From NCBI RefSeq assembly GCF_006345805.1, contig NW_021834958.1:1-45353 (forward strand): 45,353 nt of DNA, read 5' to 3'. Both the position numbers and the translations under genes were made by a program. Origin of the DNA: Octopus sinensis (lineage: Eukaryota). The notes under the pieces are model-generated. The model had not been told where the DNA came from, made no database searches, and saw nothing but the letters and a program-made list of their open reading frames with translations. Numbering within the stretch: the stretch's first letter is position 1; every line of letters begins with the position of its first letter. Of this stretch, positions 25,752 through 39,404 are shown piece after piece.

Positions 25752-25954
25752 GTAGGTCCCGGGTTGAGTCGGGGTTAACTACAGTAAATAAGGTACTCAA
25801 TACATAGCAGAGTAAATTAATTTATTATATAGAAGGAGCTTCTACAGGACTAGAACTGTTTCATTCAAAAGAAATCATCAGGAAGCTAGTTGACAAGAGT
25901 TGTTTTGGCATTTATACATTTAGGCAGGTTTAAAGGGGTGGTGGTGGGGGACAT
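25752..25954 (-). mobile_element. ~200-bp hammerhead-carrying element next to (TA)n
   Basis: About 130 bp shared with 11627-11760. Confidence 0.75.
25837..25887 (-). ncRNA. Type I hammerhead ribozyme fold (second copy)
   Basis: Minus strand: AGCUUC CUGAUGA U UUC-uuuu-GAA U GAAA CAG-uucuaguc-CUG UA GAAGCU. Confidence 0.8.
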
Positions 25955-26235
25955 TATATAAATAATGTGTGGGTGTATATTATGTGTGTGTTTGTGTGTC
26001 TTCGTGTCTGTGTTTGTCCCCGCCACCCTATGCTAAGCGGTGTTGGCATACACGTATTCACATACGAAATGTTGTAACTTTCAGTTGTAGATCTCAATTC
26101 TATAGAATATCTGTAGATATTACAATAGAATAACTGACAGAAAATAATAAAAGAATGGGATAATGTTCCCGGGTATATGTATGTGTATGAATGTGCGTGT
26201 GTTTGTGTGTGTATATATATGTATGTATGTATATA

Positions 26236-26455
26236 GGGGAGCCGCAATAGCACAGTGGTTAGGGTAGAGTACACGCGGTTTGTGGGATCGCAGTTTCAAT
26301 ATTTAGACCGGGCGTTGTGAGTGTTTATTGAACTCGACGAGTCTACGGCAGGGGCTGGTGGCGAACCCTGCTGTACACTTTCACCACAACTTTCTCTCAC
26401 TCTTTCTTCCTGTTTCTGTTGTACTTGTATTTCAAAGGGCCGGCCTTAGTCACGC
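26236..26455 (+). mobile_element. tRNA-derived SINE family C, diverged
   Basis: agtggttaggg..agaccgggcgttgtgagtgtttattga..ccacaactttctctcactctttcttc matches 41825-42131. Confidence 0.8.
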
Positions 26456-26460
26456 TTCAG

Positions 26461-26662
26461 ACTCTCCAAGATGTGTTTCAAAACATGTGTAGAAGCGTCG
26501 ACGTATCTATTGAAAACGAAGGACGACACTTTCAGCACCTCTTATAAATTTCTTTAAAGTCTTGTAAAGTCTAACATATTCTTTTGTAGTTTTATATCAT
26601 CTCATAAATCTTTATTTTGCAATGAAATACTTACTGCGGAGAGACTTTTTGAACACCCTGTA
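26461..26662 (+). mobile_element. Mariner-like 3' end fragment
   Basis: 26461-26547 reads TLQDVFQNMCRSVDVSIENEGRHFQHLL* (G-x-HF-x-HLL terminus); right end tttttgaacaccctg|TA. Confidence 0.7.
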
Positions 26663-27047
26663 TACTCTTTTACTCTCTGTACTTGTTTCAGAAATTTGAC
26701 TGCGGCCATGCTGGAGCACCGACTTTAGTCGAGCAAATCGACCCCAGGACTTATTCTTTGGAAGCCTAGTACTTATTCTATCCCCGCTAAGTGACGGGGA
26801 CGTAAACACACCAGCATCGGTTGTCAAGCAATGCTAGGGGGACAAACACAGACACCCCCCCCCATATATATATATATACATATATACGACAGGCTTCTTT
26901 CAGTTTCCATCTACCAAATCCACTCACAAGGCATTGGTCAGACTGAGGCTATAGCAGAAGACACTTGCCCAAGATGCCACGCAGTGGGACTGAACCCGGA
27001 ACCATGTGGTTGGTAAGCAAGCTACTTACCACACAGCCACTCCTGCA

Positions 27048-27049
<2 letters not shown>
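26663..27049 (-). mobile_element. SINE family A, full length
   Basis: Reverse complement of family A with a small internal deletion. Confidence 0.9.
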
Positions 27050-27100
<51 letters not shown>

Positions 27101-27102
<2 letters not shown>

Positions 27103-28055
27103 TTCACCTATCGCGAGGGGTTTTGGAACGTAAGACCCGCGATAGTCGAGGAATTAAAATATATAAAAATTTAAAAAATACAAGAAGGAAAATGCTCACA
27201 GTTTTCTTTCTTTTATTTTTATATATAAATCTTTTATTTTCATTTTTATTTTTACATATTTACTTTTTATATATTTATTTATATAAAAATATTTTTTGCA
27301 TTACAACTCACAACGCGGGGATAATCAAAATTCCTCCTGCTCCATTTTTACGGCGGTGCTCCAGAATGGTCACAGCTCTGAGCTGAAACGACAAGAAAAA
27401 AAACTATATATATATGTTTGTGTGTGTGTATACTTAGATACATACCTGTACATGAATATATTTGAATTTGTATGCGCTTGCCAGCGTATAATACCTGTAA
27501 GTAGCGAGAAACCACACACATTTCTTAGACTACACTGACATGAATCCATATATATATATATATATATATAATATATATATATATATATTATAATATATAT
27601 ATATATATGAATTTCACCTATCGCGAGGGGTTTTGGAACGTAAGACCCGCGATAGTCGAGGAATTAAAATATATAAAAATTTAAAAAATACAAGAAGGAA
27701 AATGCTCACAGTTTTCTTTCTTTTATTTTTATATATAAATCTTTTATTTTCATTTTTATTTTTACATATTTACTTTTTATATATTTATTTATATAAAATA
27801 TTTTTTGCATTACAACTCACAACGCGGGGATAATCAAAATTCCTCCTGCTCCATTTTTACGGCGGTGCTCCAGAATGGTCACAGCTCTGAGCTGAAACGA
27901 CAAAGAAAAAAAACTATATATATATGTTTGTGTGTGTGTATACTTAGATACATACCTGTACATGAATATATTTGAATTTGTATGCGCTTGCCAGCGTATA
28001 ATACCTGTAAGTAGCGAGAAACCACACACATTTCTTAGACTACACTGACATGAAT

Positions 28056-28057
<2 letters not shown>
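27101..28057. repeat. Tandem duplication, 510-bp period, (TA)n-bounded
   Basis: 27101-27547 is repeated at 27611-28057; only homopolymer-length differences were seen. Confidence 0.95.
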
Positions 28058-28120
<63 letters not shown>

Positions 28121-29244
28121 AATAAAGTCACACATACACTTTAAAATAAAATCCCTTATTTTTCTTCCTAAGAGTAAGGTGACGACAGAATATTAAAATA
28201 GGGGAAAAAATAATAAATAGATAGAAATATGAAAGAAAAAAAAGAATATATAAACACATAAACAATTTCGGAGAAAAAATTCCAATATGAACAAAACTGA
28301 GGGAAGAAAAACAAGCGAAAAACCAAAAAGAAATAAAAAAAAAGAATCATATCAAAATATGATATAAAAATATGATATAATTAAGATGATATCAAAACAA
28401 TAAATTTGATATCATCAACGTCAATAAAACATCAGATAAATCACAAACATTAACAATGATTGACGCTAAAGCAAAAAAAAAAAAAAAGAAAAAAGAAAAA
28501 AATGAAATAGAAAGCGAAAGTAAATAAATGAAATAAAATAACATAAAACAGAGGGAAATAAAATAAAAAAGCAAAATGGCGGCGTAGAAAAAAATGAGAG
28601 ACGAGAATGATATTTCAATACATTCAATCAAATAACCAGAAATACATTGATTTATTGTGTGTTTTTGTTCTTGTTGTTCTCCATAATTCCATTCATTATT
28701 CATAACATGGCTTTGCAGAATCGTCTGTTGTGTTTTAATGGCAACGAAAATGCGCTGAATTTGATGTCGAATCTGATATAGTGATAACTTTATTGAATTT
28801 TGCAATCATTATTATTCTTTATGTATGCGCGGTTTCGAGTATGTGTGTGTGTGTGTGTGTGTAAGTGTGCGTATGTGAGAATGTGTGTGTGTCTGTGTGT
28901 CACAATGTGTGTGATAATATCTTTGTAGCTGTCATTTTTGGTTATTTTTTTTTCAAAGGTCATATATTTTACGTGAATATGAAAAGTTCGTGCCATTTTC
29001 AAACTTCTTAGCTTCTCCTTCACATAGTTGCACGACCTGTTCGGAACAAGATGCGAAATTATCCTCACATCACACAGTCCCGACAAAAGTCAAAGGAAAT
29101 GATATAATTAGATGATGCATTGTTTAACAAATTTGTGTCTAAATGAAAAAAAATATGTTAGGATGATCACGAATGGAACGCCTTTCTCCATAGACATTCT
29201 GGATCATAACTGTTTACCTATATGAAAATATATTTATATGTATA

Positions 29245-29468
29245 GATTTCTTTATTACCCCTAAACATAGAGGGGACAAACGAGGATAGACAAACGGATT
29301 AAGTCGATTATATCGACCCCAGTGCGTAACTGGTACTTAATTTATCGACCCCGAAAGGATGAAAGGCAAAGTCGACCTCGGCGGAATTTGAACTTAGAAC
29401 ATAATGGCAGACGAAATACGGCTACGCATTTCGCCCGGCGTGCTAACGGTTCTGCCTGCTCGCCGCCT
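29245..29468 (-). mobile_element. SINE family B (B2 tail), solo full-length copy with 17-bp TSD
   Basis: atatatttatatgtata at 29228-29244 and 29469-29485. Confidence 0.9.
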
Positions 29469-29487
29469 ATATATTTATATGTATATA

Positions 29488-30882
29488 CCATATATACACA
29501 AGTAATACTCGATCCCATGCAAAAATCGACCCCCTATTTTGGGGCAAAAAGGTGGGAATTTTCCATAAACCCCGTATAAAACTCGACCCTAGTATTTCAC
29601 GAACAACAGGATAACATTTGTGCGCCAAGGTACCGTATTATCCTGTACGTAGAAATAACACTTACAAAATTGTGTGGCTGCCTTACTGTCGCCTGCTCTA
29701 TACGAGGAATGCTTGGCTCGGTACTTATAGTAAAACACCATCTAATAGCGAGCACTACGTATCTGTTCATGGCTGCTACATCATTATTACTAAAATGTAT
29801 GCACGGGACATGATGCAAGCCTGCATACATCTTGAAGCACAATAAACACATGCGTCATACACCCATTGTTTACAGGTTTCTCAGACAGCACTATTGGTGA
29901 ACACTGTTAAACGCCACAGTCTGGATTCGTACAAAAGCCTGACTTTGGTAAGGCGAAAAACATTAAATTAATCCCAAGATCAGTGGTTCCCATGCGATGT
30001 TTATATTTTCTTCATCTCCAAATACAATACGTCATACGTTCGTCTATTTACATAGTGAGAAATGTGTTTCACAGGCAGCACGATCGGCGAACAGCAGCAA
30101 GCATCACTGTATGAATTCGTACTTAGTCATGACTTCGATAAGCCTAAAAACATTTAGTTAAAATCGCTAGATCAATGGTTCCTAATATTTATTTATATAT
30201 TTTTTTTGCTGCGGAATCCTTCGACATTTTTCTTAAAAACGTGGAACCACTGATAACTTTCAGGGAACCCTAAGGTTTTGCAGAACACACTTTGGGAATC
30301 CCAGCTCCAGATTACCAATTCTACACCATATTGTGGACATTTACTGGTAACTGCACATGCCATCCTGCAACTTCTTTTTTCATTTCTGTGGGGGGACAAC
30401 ATATACACAGAATACGACACACTGTTTCCCTTATAAGAATCTTGTGGTGAACGCCCTCCATGAAATGCAACTGATCATGAGCTTGATAACGATAGCACCT
30501 AGGCCGAAATGCATTAATGTTATATTGTGAGATATAATTATTAGATATATTTATGAGATATCAATTTATTTCCCTCAGCATCAAATTGCTAAGTTTGATG
30601 GAGACAAATAAGAGAGAAAGTGTAAATATATACAAGAGCTACGCGGTTTTGTTTACGGGTTTTGATATTTACTAGGACGTGTGTTTTGGTGTATAGAATT
30701 GGTAATAGTAATGTAATTAATTATGTTTTTGTTTTTATTCGCTTGGAGATCAGTTGGACTCCTGCTGCTGATATGGTAATTCGGATTCTAGCTGGAGTTT
30801 CAGCCCCTCAAAAGTAATGTCAATTTATAATGGTCAACCCCATAAATTTGACCCTAAAAATTCGACTTTTACACGAGTATAT

Positions 30883-30886
<4 letters not shown>
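29488..30886. mobile_element. Old non-autonomous pogo/Tc2-like DNA transposon
   Basis: Left ccatatatacacaagtaatactcga versus right reverse complement ccgtatatactcgtgtaaaagtcga (19/25 matches), TA on the left flank. Confidence 0.55.
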
Positions 30887-30921
<35 letters not shown>

Positions 30922-31040
30922 GTGTGTGAATATATATTTATATGAATCTATATATGTATTATATGTGTGTGTATATATGTACACATACATACATACATAT
31001 ATACAAACACACACACACACACACACACATACACACACAC

Positions 31041-31098
<58 letters not shown>

Positions 31099-31558
31099 TA
31101 TTTTATGTGTATTTATTTACCACAAATATTTTTGTTAGCATGGTGTATTTTTCTCTTTTGTAGGAAGCTTAACTACTTCACCTGGATCGCTAATCCATTA
31201 TTAATCCTCTTTATTTTGATATACACACAGACAGACAGACACACCCTACACACACACACGAACACATGTATATGTGTCTCGCGTACACGATAGCCTCATA
31301 AATTTCTCTCAGATGATTGCTTGTGTGACGCTAGGAATAATAGCTTGGTAAGTTGTTCAGCTTCACATAAACAGAATGCTTTACTCTATTTGTGGTATGT
31401 GAGTTCTATTCTCTCAGATTTATTTCGAAATCAAGAGCTCTCGCATCTCTGGATTACTCATTACAACCATCCATATGCATGCACACACACACACACACAC
31501 AGATACACATACACACACACATACGCACATACACATATGTATATGTATATATACATAT

Positions 31559-31798
31559 AAAAGGTGGAACAAAAGTAGGTTTACAGTTATCACGTAGGCA
31601 CTTTGAATTTCTTTTAAAAACATTTTATTACATTTAAATTCCTATCTTACAAACTCAAAAGAGAGCTCGAAAAAATTAACAAAATTAGCATAGAATAATG
31701 GTTTCACATTTTTTTTTTATAATTAAGATCTAAACGTTTAATATATGAATGCGAAAGAGAGAGTTGAATAACTGTAAACCTACTTTTGGGTCACCCTG
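31559..31798. mobile_element. Mariner-type MITE (copy 1)
   Basis: TIR cores caaaagtaggtttacagttat / ataactgtaaacctacttttg; ends ccctg|TA. Confidence 0.8.
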
Positions 31799-32005
31799 TA
31801 TATGTGCTAAACAAAGTTTACAGTGCACTGTCTTCCCTGTCAATTACTTAATTATATATATATATAATATATATATATATATGGGTGTGTGAATATATAT
31901 TTATATGAATCTATATATGTATTATATGTGTGTGTATATAGTACACATACATACATACATATATACAAACACACACACACACCACACATACATACACACA
32001 CACAC

Positions 32006-32057
<52 letters not shown>

Positions 32058-32517
32058 TATTTTATGTGTATTTATTTACCACAAATATTTTTGTTAGCAT
32101 GGTGTATTTTTCTCTTTTGTAGGAAGCTTAACTACTTCACCTGGATCGCTAATCCATTATTAATCCTCTTTATTTTGATATACACACAGACAGACAGACA
32201 CACCCTACACACACACACGAACACATGTATATGTGTCTCGCGTACACGATAGCCTCATAAATTTCTCTCAGATGATTGCTTGTGTGACGCTAGGAATAAT
32301 AGCTTGGTAAGTTGTTCAGCTTCACATAAACAGAATGCTTTACTCTATTTGTGGTATGTGAGTTCTATTCTCTCAGATTTATTTCGAAATCAAGAGCTCT
32401 CGCATCTCTGGATTACTCATTACAACCATCCATATGCATGCACACACACACACACACACAGATACACATACACACACACATACGCACATACACATATGTA
32501 TATGTATATATACATAT

Positions 32518-32757
32518 AAAAGGTGGAACAAAAGTAGGTTTACAGTTATCACGTAGGCACTTTGAATTTCTTTTAAAAACATTTTATTACATTTAAATTC
32601 CTATCTTACAAACTCAAAAGAGAGCTCGAAAAAATTAACAAAATTAGCATAGAATAATGGTTTCACATTTTTTTTTTATAATTAAGATCTAAACGTTTAA
32701 TATATGAATGCGAAAGAGAGAGTTGAATAACTGTAAACCTACTTTTGGGTCACCCTG
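32518..32757. mobile_element. Mariner-type MITE (copy 2, inside the duplication)
   Basis: Same sequence as 31559-31798. Confidence 0.8.
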
Positions 32758-32806
32758 TATATGTGCTAAACAAAGTTTACAGTGCACTGTCTTCCCTGTC
32801 AATTAC

Positions 32807-32854
<48 letters not shown>

Positions 32855-33561
32855 GAGCATAAAATGAACCATACACATTCGAACCATAGGATATGGTATA
32901 GAAAACTTGTTCAGAGATCCACGCAGTGAGTCGCTGCCTGAAAACAGGTGGCCATCACGCGAACATTTGTAACCCACAGAACTAATCAGAGTTTCCTGTC
33001 GAAGGGTAACGTGATAATTACTCCTAAAATTTAACTTAGAATGTTGTTCTGCTGCGTAGAATCTATTTACAGTAAAGTAGAATAGAATACTGAATGCTGT
33101 AACTGGGCCGAATTCACCTCTCAGAAGTAGTTCTGTTCTATATCTTATATGTTCTCTGTACTTCTTTATCACTCAATTTTTAATGTAGGCTGGACATTAA
33201 ACGCGGTAAAAATATATAATATACTAAATAAAATAAATACACACCAGAAGCGTTCACTCATATTTATTGATTGCATTAAAGATTCCGAAAGTTGTCAGTG
33301 TGGTGCGAAGGCATTTATAAGAGATTCCTGTCACCATTCTTTGAAACTGTCAGTTGAATGGCTGACGGTAATTCAAATTAATACATCTCACAACCAAGAC
33401 ACGTAATTGTCAAATATAGTAGAAACAGCCTCTCTATTTCTACAGCACATCATTTCAGCATTGATTCATGCTTCGTTATCCTACCCATAAGGAATTCAAA
33501 TCATAATGCGTGTCTAATTAATCCACTCTATGTGGATTAAGTAAGCCACTTCACTGTCATA

Positions 33562-33930
33562 TTTGGCCACTTTACTGTTAAAATAAACTAATTCTTCGAG
33601 CATCTAGTGTGTCGAGATTATCTTCATTTAGATAATTATAACTATGTCTAGATAATCCACTCTATTTTGCGCCCCAAAATTCTATTCTACTATGTTTCTA
33701 GATAATCCACCGCAATTCTAGATAAGCTACAGCACTGTTTGGCCACTTTACTGTTAAAATAAGCTAATTCCCCGTGCATCTAGTAGAGCCAGTTCTCAGT
33801 ATGTCGAGATTATCTTCATTTAGATAATTGTAACTATGTCTAGATAACCCACTCTATTTTGCGCCCCTATATTCCATTCTACTATGTTTCTAGATAATCC
33901 ACCGCAATTCTAGATAAGCTACAGCACTGT
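33562..33930. repeat. Diverged ~180-190 bp tandem duplication with tctagataa sub-repeats
   Basis: ttggccacttt..gctacagcactgt occurs twice, with substitutions and an indel. Confidence 0.9.
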
Positions 33931-34364
33931 GTTGATGTAATCAATTCCATTCATGATCTAGAGAAGTCACACCGCTGTGTCTCGATAAACAAGTTAACTG
34001 TGTGACAGGATAATCCCTTTTAATTGTGATGAGATAACCCACTCCAGCACCACAATTTCCTCTTTTGAGCCCCGTTTTGGCACTCTCCACCCAAGTCTTA
34101 GGCCTCCTGTCTATTGTAAAAATGATTATTACTAGTGTGAGATCGGAGAGCTCGTCTGTTTCACACGGGTGGATGAAGCAGACAAGCTTTCCATTGGACC
34201 TCTGTGAATATCAGTTTAAACATTACTATGCACTCTCCATAACTGTGCATTGAGTCCTCATTTATCACTGAGTCGTTTCACATTTATACTGTATATATAT
34301 GTATTATATTTCGAGACGGTCATTTTTTGTAGCCAAACAAACACACGCACTATATATCTATATA

Positions 34365-34792
34365 TCTATATGTATAAAGCTGAAGTTGTGTGTGTGTGTG
34401 ACAGGTTTGGTAACCTTCAACTAACACTATTTACTCCGAGATCCTGCGGCGCAAGTTGACCAAAATTGAGGGTATGATAGAAGAAGGCTTGCTCTTCATT
34501 CCGTAGAAGAAAAAATTCAAATCGGACCATGTTAACACCAAAAATTATTTATGTAGAAAAGGTGCTTTTTTTTCTCCATAATGTTAATAGAAGGAATATT
34601 AACCAACAATATCAACAATTGAAGTCGCCTTTACACATTTGCAGCACATTCAGAGCAAACTCGAGCATCGCCACACTATACTTTTATTCATAGATTAAAA
34701 CTATGTCAAAAATGTGTTAACGCGACATCAAAGTCTGCCGTTTTAAGCGCAACTAAAAAACAAACCCGAGCAACACCGGGCTATACTGCTAG
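34365..34792 (+). mobile_element. Non-autonomous Helitron-like element
   Basis: A|TCtatatgtataaa start, hairpin cccgagcaacaccggg, end CTAG|T. Confidence 0.8.
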
Positions 34793-35228
34793 TATATATA
34801 TATTCACTTGATTGACCGGTTTCACTTTTTTAGAAAAAGATTGTCAAAAGTAAAATGTAAAGCTTTGTATGAACTTTGTTGTGTTAAGTACTGGTTGTCA
34901 CAAAAATATTACAATACATATAAACATTCTTTGATAATAATAAGAAAATGTTAAAAACAGAAAATATTTGAGAAAGTATTTAACAAAAAGTATTAAGATT
35001 TTAATAAAAATCATGTTGGTTTGGTAGTGTATATATACATAAAAGGAGGTATATTTAAGAGTTTACAAAGGATTGGAGATGAACCAACCTGTTATCTTAT
35101 GCATTCTGTGTGTATGTATACTCGAAATGAGGAGTGGATAGGCAACCGACAACTGAGGAAAGGTCGTTCTTTATGTTTTTGTCCTGTTTTCCATTTGTTT
35201 CTTTCATTTTCTTTTTTTTTTTGCGTAT

Positions 35229-35551
35229 TCTACTTTAGCCTCGGGTCGACCAAAGCCTTGTGAGTGGATTTGGTAGACGGAAACTGAAAGAAACACATCG
35301 TATATATTATAATATATATATATGTATGTGTGTGTATATGTTTGTGTGTCTGTATTTGTCACCCCAACATCGATTGACAACCGATGCTGGTGTGTTTACG
35401 GCGTCGGAACTTAGCGGTTCGGCAAAAGAGACGGATAGAATAAGTACTAGGCTTACAAAGAATAAGTCCTGGGTTCGATTTGCTCGACTAAAGGCGGTTG
35501 CTCCAGCATGGCCACAGTCAAATAACTGAAACAAATAAAAGAATAAAAGAG
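35229..35551 (+). mobile_element. SINE family A, 5'-truncated
   Basis: tagcctcgggtcgaccaaagccttgtgagtgg through the aataaaagag tail. Confidence 0.88.
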
Positions 35552-35725
35552 TATATATATATATATATAATGATAAATTTCAGAGCGAGTTATATATATA
35601 TATATATTGTTATATTTCGGAATGGTCATTTTGCCAGTTTAGCCAATAAAAACACACGCACTATATATTTGGTGTTACTTTGCTTCAGTGTTATTTATTT
35701 TTTACATTAATCTTAATCTTATTTC

Positions 35726-35770
35726 GGCCAGAGTTCTTTCGTCACACTCCTGTGACCGCATCAGTGGTCC
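35726..35770 (-). ncRNA. Hammerhead-like variant (CUGAUGC core)
   Basis: Minus strand: GGACCA CUGAUGC G GUCAC-aggagu-GUGAC GAAA G-aa-C UC UGGCC; A9 is replaced by C. Confidence 0.45.
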
Positions 35771-36245
35771 TTTGTTTTCTTCTTACTTATTTCTGTCTCT
35801 CCTTACTAACCGTCAGCCATTTTGTATTTCTATTGTATGTCTTCATTTGCGCATGCTTATATCTTATATTTAAACGTATATATATATATATACATACATA
35901 CATACGCCCTGATAACTCCACCAATAGATCGCTACCACCTGGTACTTCATTCACCGACTCCGATAATGAAAAAAAAAAAAAACAGAACGGGAAATAATTT
36001 AAGCGCGGAACAAACGCGACACCGTTCTAACCATTTAACAAATTCATCACCTCAAGACTAATATCAAATTAAGTCTACAGCGACGAAGTATATACGAGCA
36101 GTACACGCAATCTAATTATCTTCTTAATTACCATAGAATAATTATCTACTTGACATTCTATTCAACATTTACCAAAGAGGAATTGTACAGACTAAAACCA
36201 ACGAAAACCACAACCGTACAACTCCATTGACATCGCAAATATATT

Positions 36246-36247
<2 letters not shown>

Positions 36248-36296
<49 letters not shown>

Positions 36297-36501
36297 GACG
36301 ACGACGACGACGACGACGACGATCACTACCACCACCACCACCTCCACTGCCACGATAGTGCAACCACTACAATGACAAATACCATGGCCACCACTAATGT
36401 TACTACCAAGACTGCCAAGATCACCGCTACTACCACCACCACCACCACCACCACCACCACCACTACAACCATTACCAGTGCCATTACTGCTGCTGCTGTT
36501 G

Positions 36502-36544
<43 letters not shown>

Positions 36545-36765
36545 AACGTCGACAACAGCAACGTTGACTGTCATCATCATCTCAACCATCTCCACCATCA
36601 TCACATCTAGCAACATCACCACCACCACCACAACTACTACCACTACTACTACTACTACTACCACCACCACCACTACCACCACCACCACTACCACCACCAC
36701 CACAACTACTACCAATACTACTACTACTACTACTATCACTATTACCACCACCACCACCACCACTG

Positions 36766-36848
<83 letters not shown>

Positions 36849-36853
36849 GCTAC
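36248..36853. repeat. (ACT)n/(ACC)n/(ACG)n tract
   Basis: Direct reading; explains the poly-T/V/S ORFs. Confidence 0.95.
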
Positions 36854-37144
36854 TCATTATGCTTTCGACATAATTCTGGTTTCGGTTTAGGAATTTCAAT
36901 CATTTTTCTCTTCTGCAAACGACTTTGATGAACACTCGTCCGTTTCGCATCGCCGTTTCGCTGGCTTTTAGTGTCATATCTGAGGACGGACTACTTAGAT
37001 TGATATCAGCCGGCACGCACTCTCGCAGACACCACGCACGTAAAAGCATTACACACACACACACACACACACACACAATATATATATGCATGTGGGTGTA
37101 TATGTGTATATACATATATAAACACATACACAAACAGACACACA

Positions 37145-37180
<36 letters not shown>

Positions 37181-37256
37181 ATATATATGTATGTGTGTGT
37201 ATGCGTGTATATACATATATAAACGCATACACACACATACACAAACACACACACAA

Positions 37257-37291
<35 letters not shown>

Positions 37292-37967
37292 TCTATGGTT
37301 AAATGTATGTGTGTATGTATACATACACAGACATACACAAACACACACATATATATATATACATTTATATATATATATATATGCATATCTATGGTTAAAT
37401 GTATGTATGTATGTATCCGTACACACACATACACACACACGCAGGAACACACACACGCAGGAACACACACACGCAGGAACACACACATATAATATGTATG
37501 TGTGTGTATGTGTGTATATACATATATACACATATATATATATATATATACATATCTACACACATATATACATATACACACACATATATACATGCATATC
37601 TATGTTGCAATGCTTGTATGTATACGTACACACACCTACACACACACGTGTGCGCACACATGTATATATATAGACGTCACGTATATAGATATGTGTATAG
37701 ACATGTGCTCGTATCTTTGTAGGTGGTTCTACGAATACATCGATGCACATTTTTGCTTATGCCGATGAAGCTTTACTTTTGCTTACACATACACCTGTGC
37801 TCATAACTCAAAGTCTCTTTCTGTCTGTCTGTCTCTCTCTTGTTTCTTCCTCTCTCTGTCTGTGTCTCTGTCCCTCTCTCACACACTAATGCGTATGCAC
37901 AACACAGCTGATAAACAATAAAGTGGGAGAACTACACTTACGCGCACATGCCTTATGTATGCAAGAA

Positions 37968-38045
<78 letters not shown>

Positions 38046-38046
<1 letters not shown>

Positions 38047-38362
38047 CAGGCGATCCATTTGCTGTCAACACCCGTTAAAAGGAGGGCTGGGCATGCCGTG
38101 GTTGATGATGCGCAGACACGCGCTGAGACTGCGACATCTCAGGCTCTTCGTAGACGACGGTGAACAGGTGTGGTCGCCGTTTGTGAGGCACGCTTTCCCG
38201 CAGCTCGTCTCCATGACCGAACTGCAGTCGTGGTTCAAAAAGAGGCCGAGGAAGGGCGAATGGCACCGCGAGTGCCGCGTTGCTCTCGAGTTGCAACTCC
38301 GCCGTCCCGGGTCTACCTTGAGCGACTCCATCACAACCCAAGCATTCTATAGGGGATTAGTG
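38046..38362 (+). mobile_element. Tx1/L1-group LINE ORF2 internal fragment
   Basis: GC-rich island translating RRSICCQHPLKGGLGMPWL..LRLRHL..W..F, the P-x-x-GGLG motif found downstream of RT; follows (TCTG)n(TCTA)n. Confidence 0.7.
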
Positions 38363-38436
38363 TCGGCCTTGGCACATTTCCTGTGCCCTTATGTTTAAAA
38401 AGAGGGAGATAAGCACCTCCACCCAGCTAAGCCAAC

Positions 38437-38475
38437 CAGACTGATGACGAGGAAATACTCAGAAACTAGTCTCTG
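38437..38475 (+). ncRNA. Minimal type I hammerhead ribozyme fold with palindromic stem III
   Basis: CAGA CUGAUGA C GAG-gaaaua-CUC A GAAA CUAG UC UCUG; ACUAGU palindrome, GUC triplet. Confidence 0.7.
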
Positions 38476-38669
38476 TATGTATGTATGTATGTGTGTATGT
38501 ATGTGTGTGTGTATGTATGTGTGTGTGTGTATGTATGTATGTATGTATGTATGTATGTATGTGTGTATGTATGTGTGTATGTATGTATGTATGTATGGAT
38601 GTAAGCATGTATGTGTGTATGTATGCATGTATGTATATATGTATGTATGCATGTATGTATGTATGTATG

Positions 38670-38703
<34 letters not shown>

Positions 38704-39373
38704 TGTATGTATGTATGTATGTATGTACGTACGTATGTGTGTGTATGTATGTATGTATGTATATATGTATGTATATATGTATGTATGTATGTATGGGTGT
38801 ATGTATGTATGTATGTATGTATGTATGTATGTGTGTATGTATGTGTGTATGTATGTGTGTATGTATGTATGTAAGCATGTATGTATGTATGTATGTATGT
38901 ATGTGTGTATGTATATATGTATGTATATATGTATGTATGTATGTATGTGTGTATGTATGTATGTATGTATGTATGTATGTATGTGTGTGGTATGTATGTA
39001 TGTATGTATGTATGTATGTGTATGTATGTATGTATGTATGTATGTATGTATGCATGTATGTATGCATGTATGTATGCATGTATGTATGCATGTATGTATG
39101 TATGTATGTATGTGTGTATGTGTGTATGTATGTATGTATGTATTTATGTGTGTATGTATGTATGTATGTATGTATGTATGTATGATATATGTATGTATGT
39201 ATGTATGTGTGTATGTATGTATGTATGTGTGTATGTATGCATGTATGTATGTATGTATGTATTTATGTGTGTATGTATGTGTGTGTGTATGTATGTATGT
39301 ATGTATGTATGTATGTATTATGTATGTATTATGGGTGTATGTATGGGTGTATGTATGTATGTATATATGTATG

Positions 39374-39404
<31 letters not shown>

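Larger units (their letters stand above)
30919..32812. repeat. Tandem duplication, ~960-bp period, (TA)n-bounded
   Basis: 30919-31853 is repeated at 31882-32812; differences fall in microsatellite tracts. Confidence 0.95.

Noticed and set aside
30173-30304. Possible nested hAT-type MITE (caatggttcc..cactttgggaatccca)
   Set aside because: TIR match is too weak and no 8-bp TSD is visible.
36326-36899. Mucin-like poly-Thr ORF
   Set aside because: Trinucleotide microsatellite typical of the whole window; no supporting gene structure.
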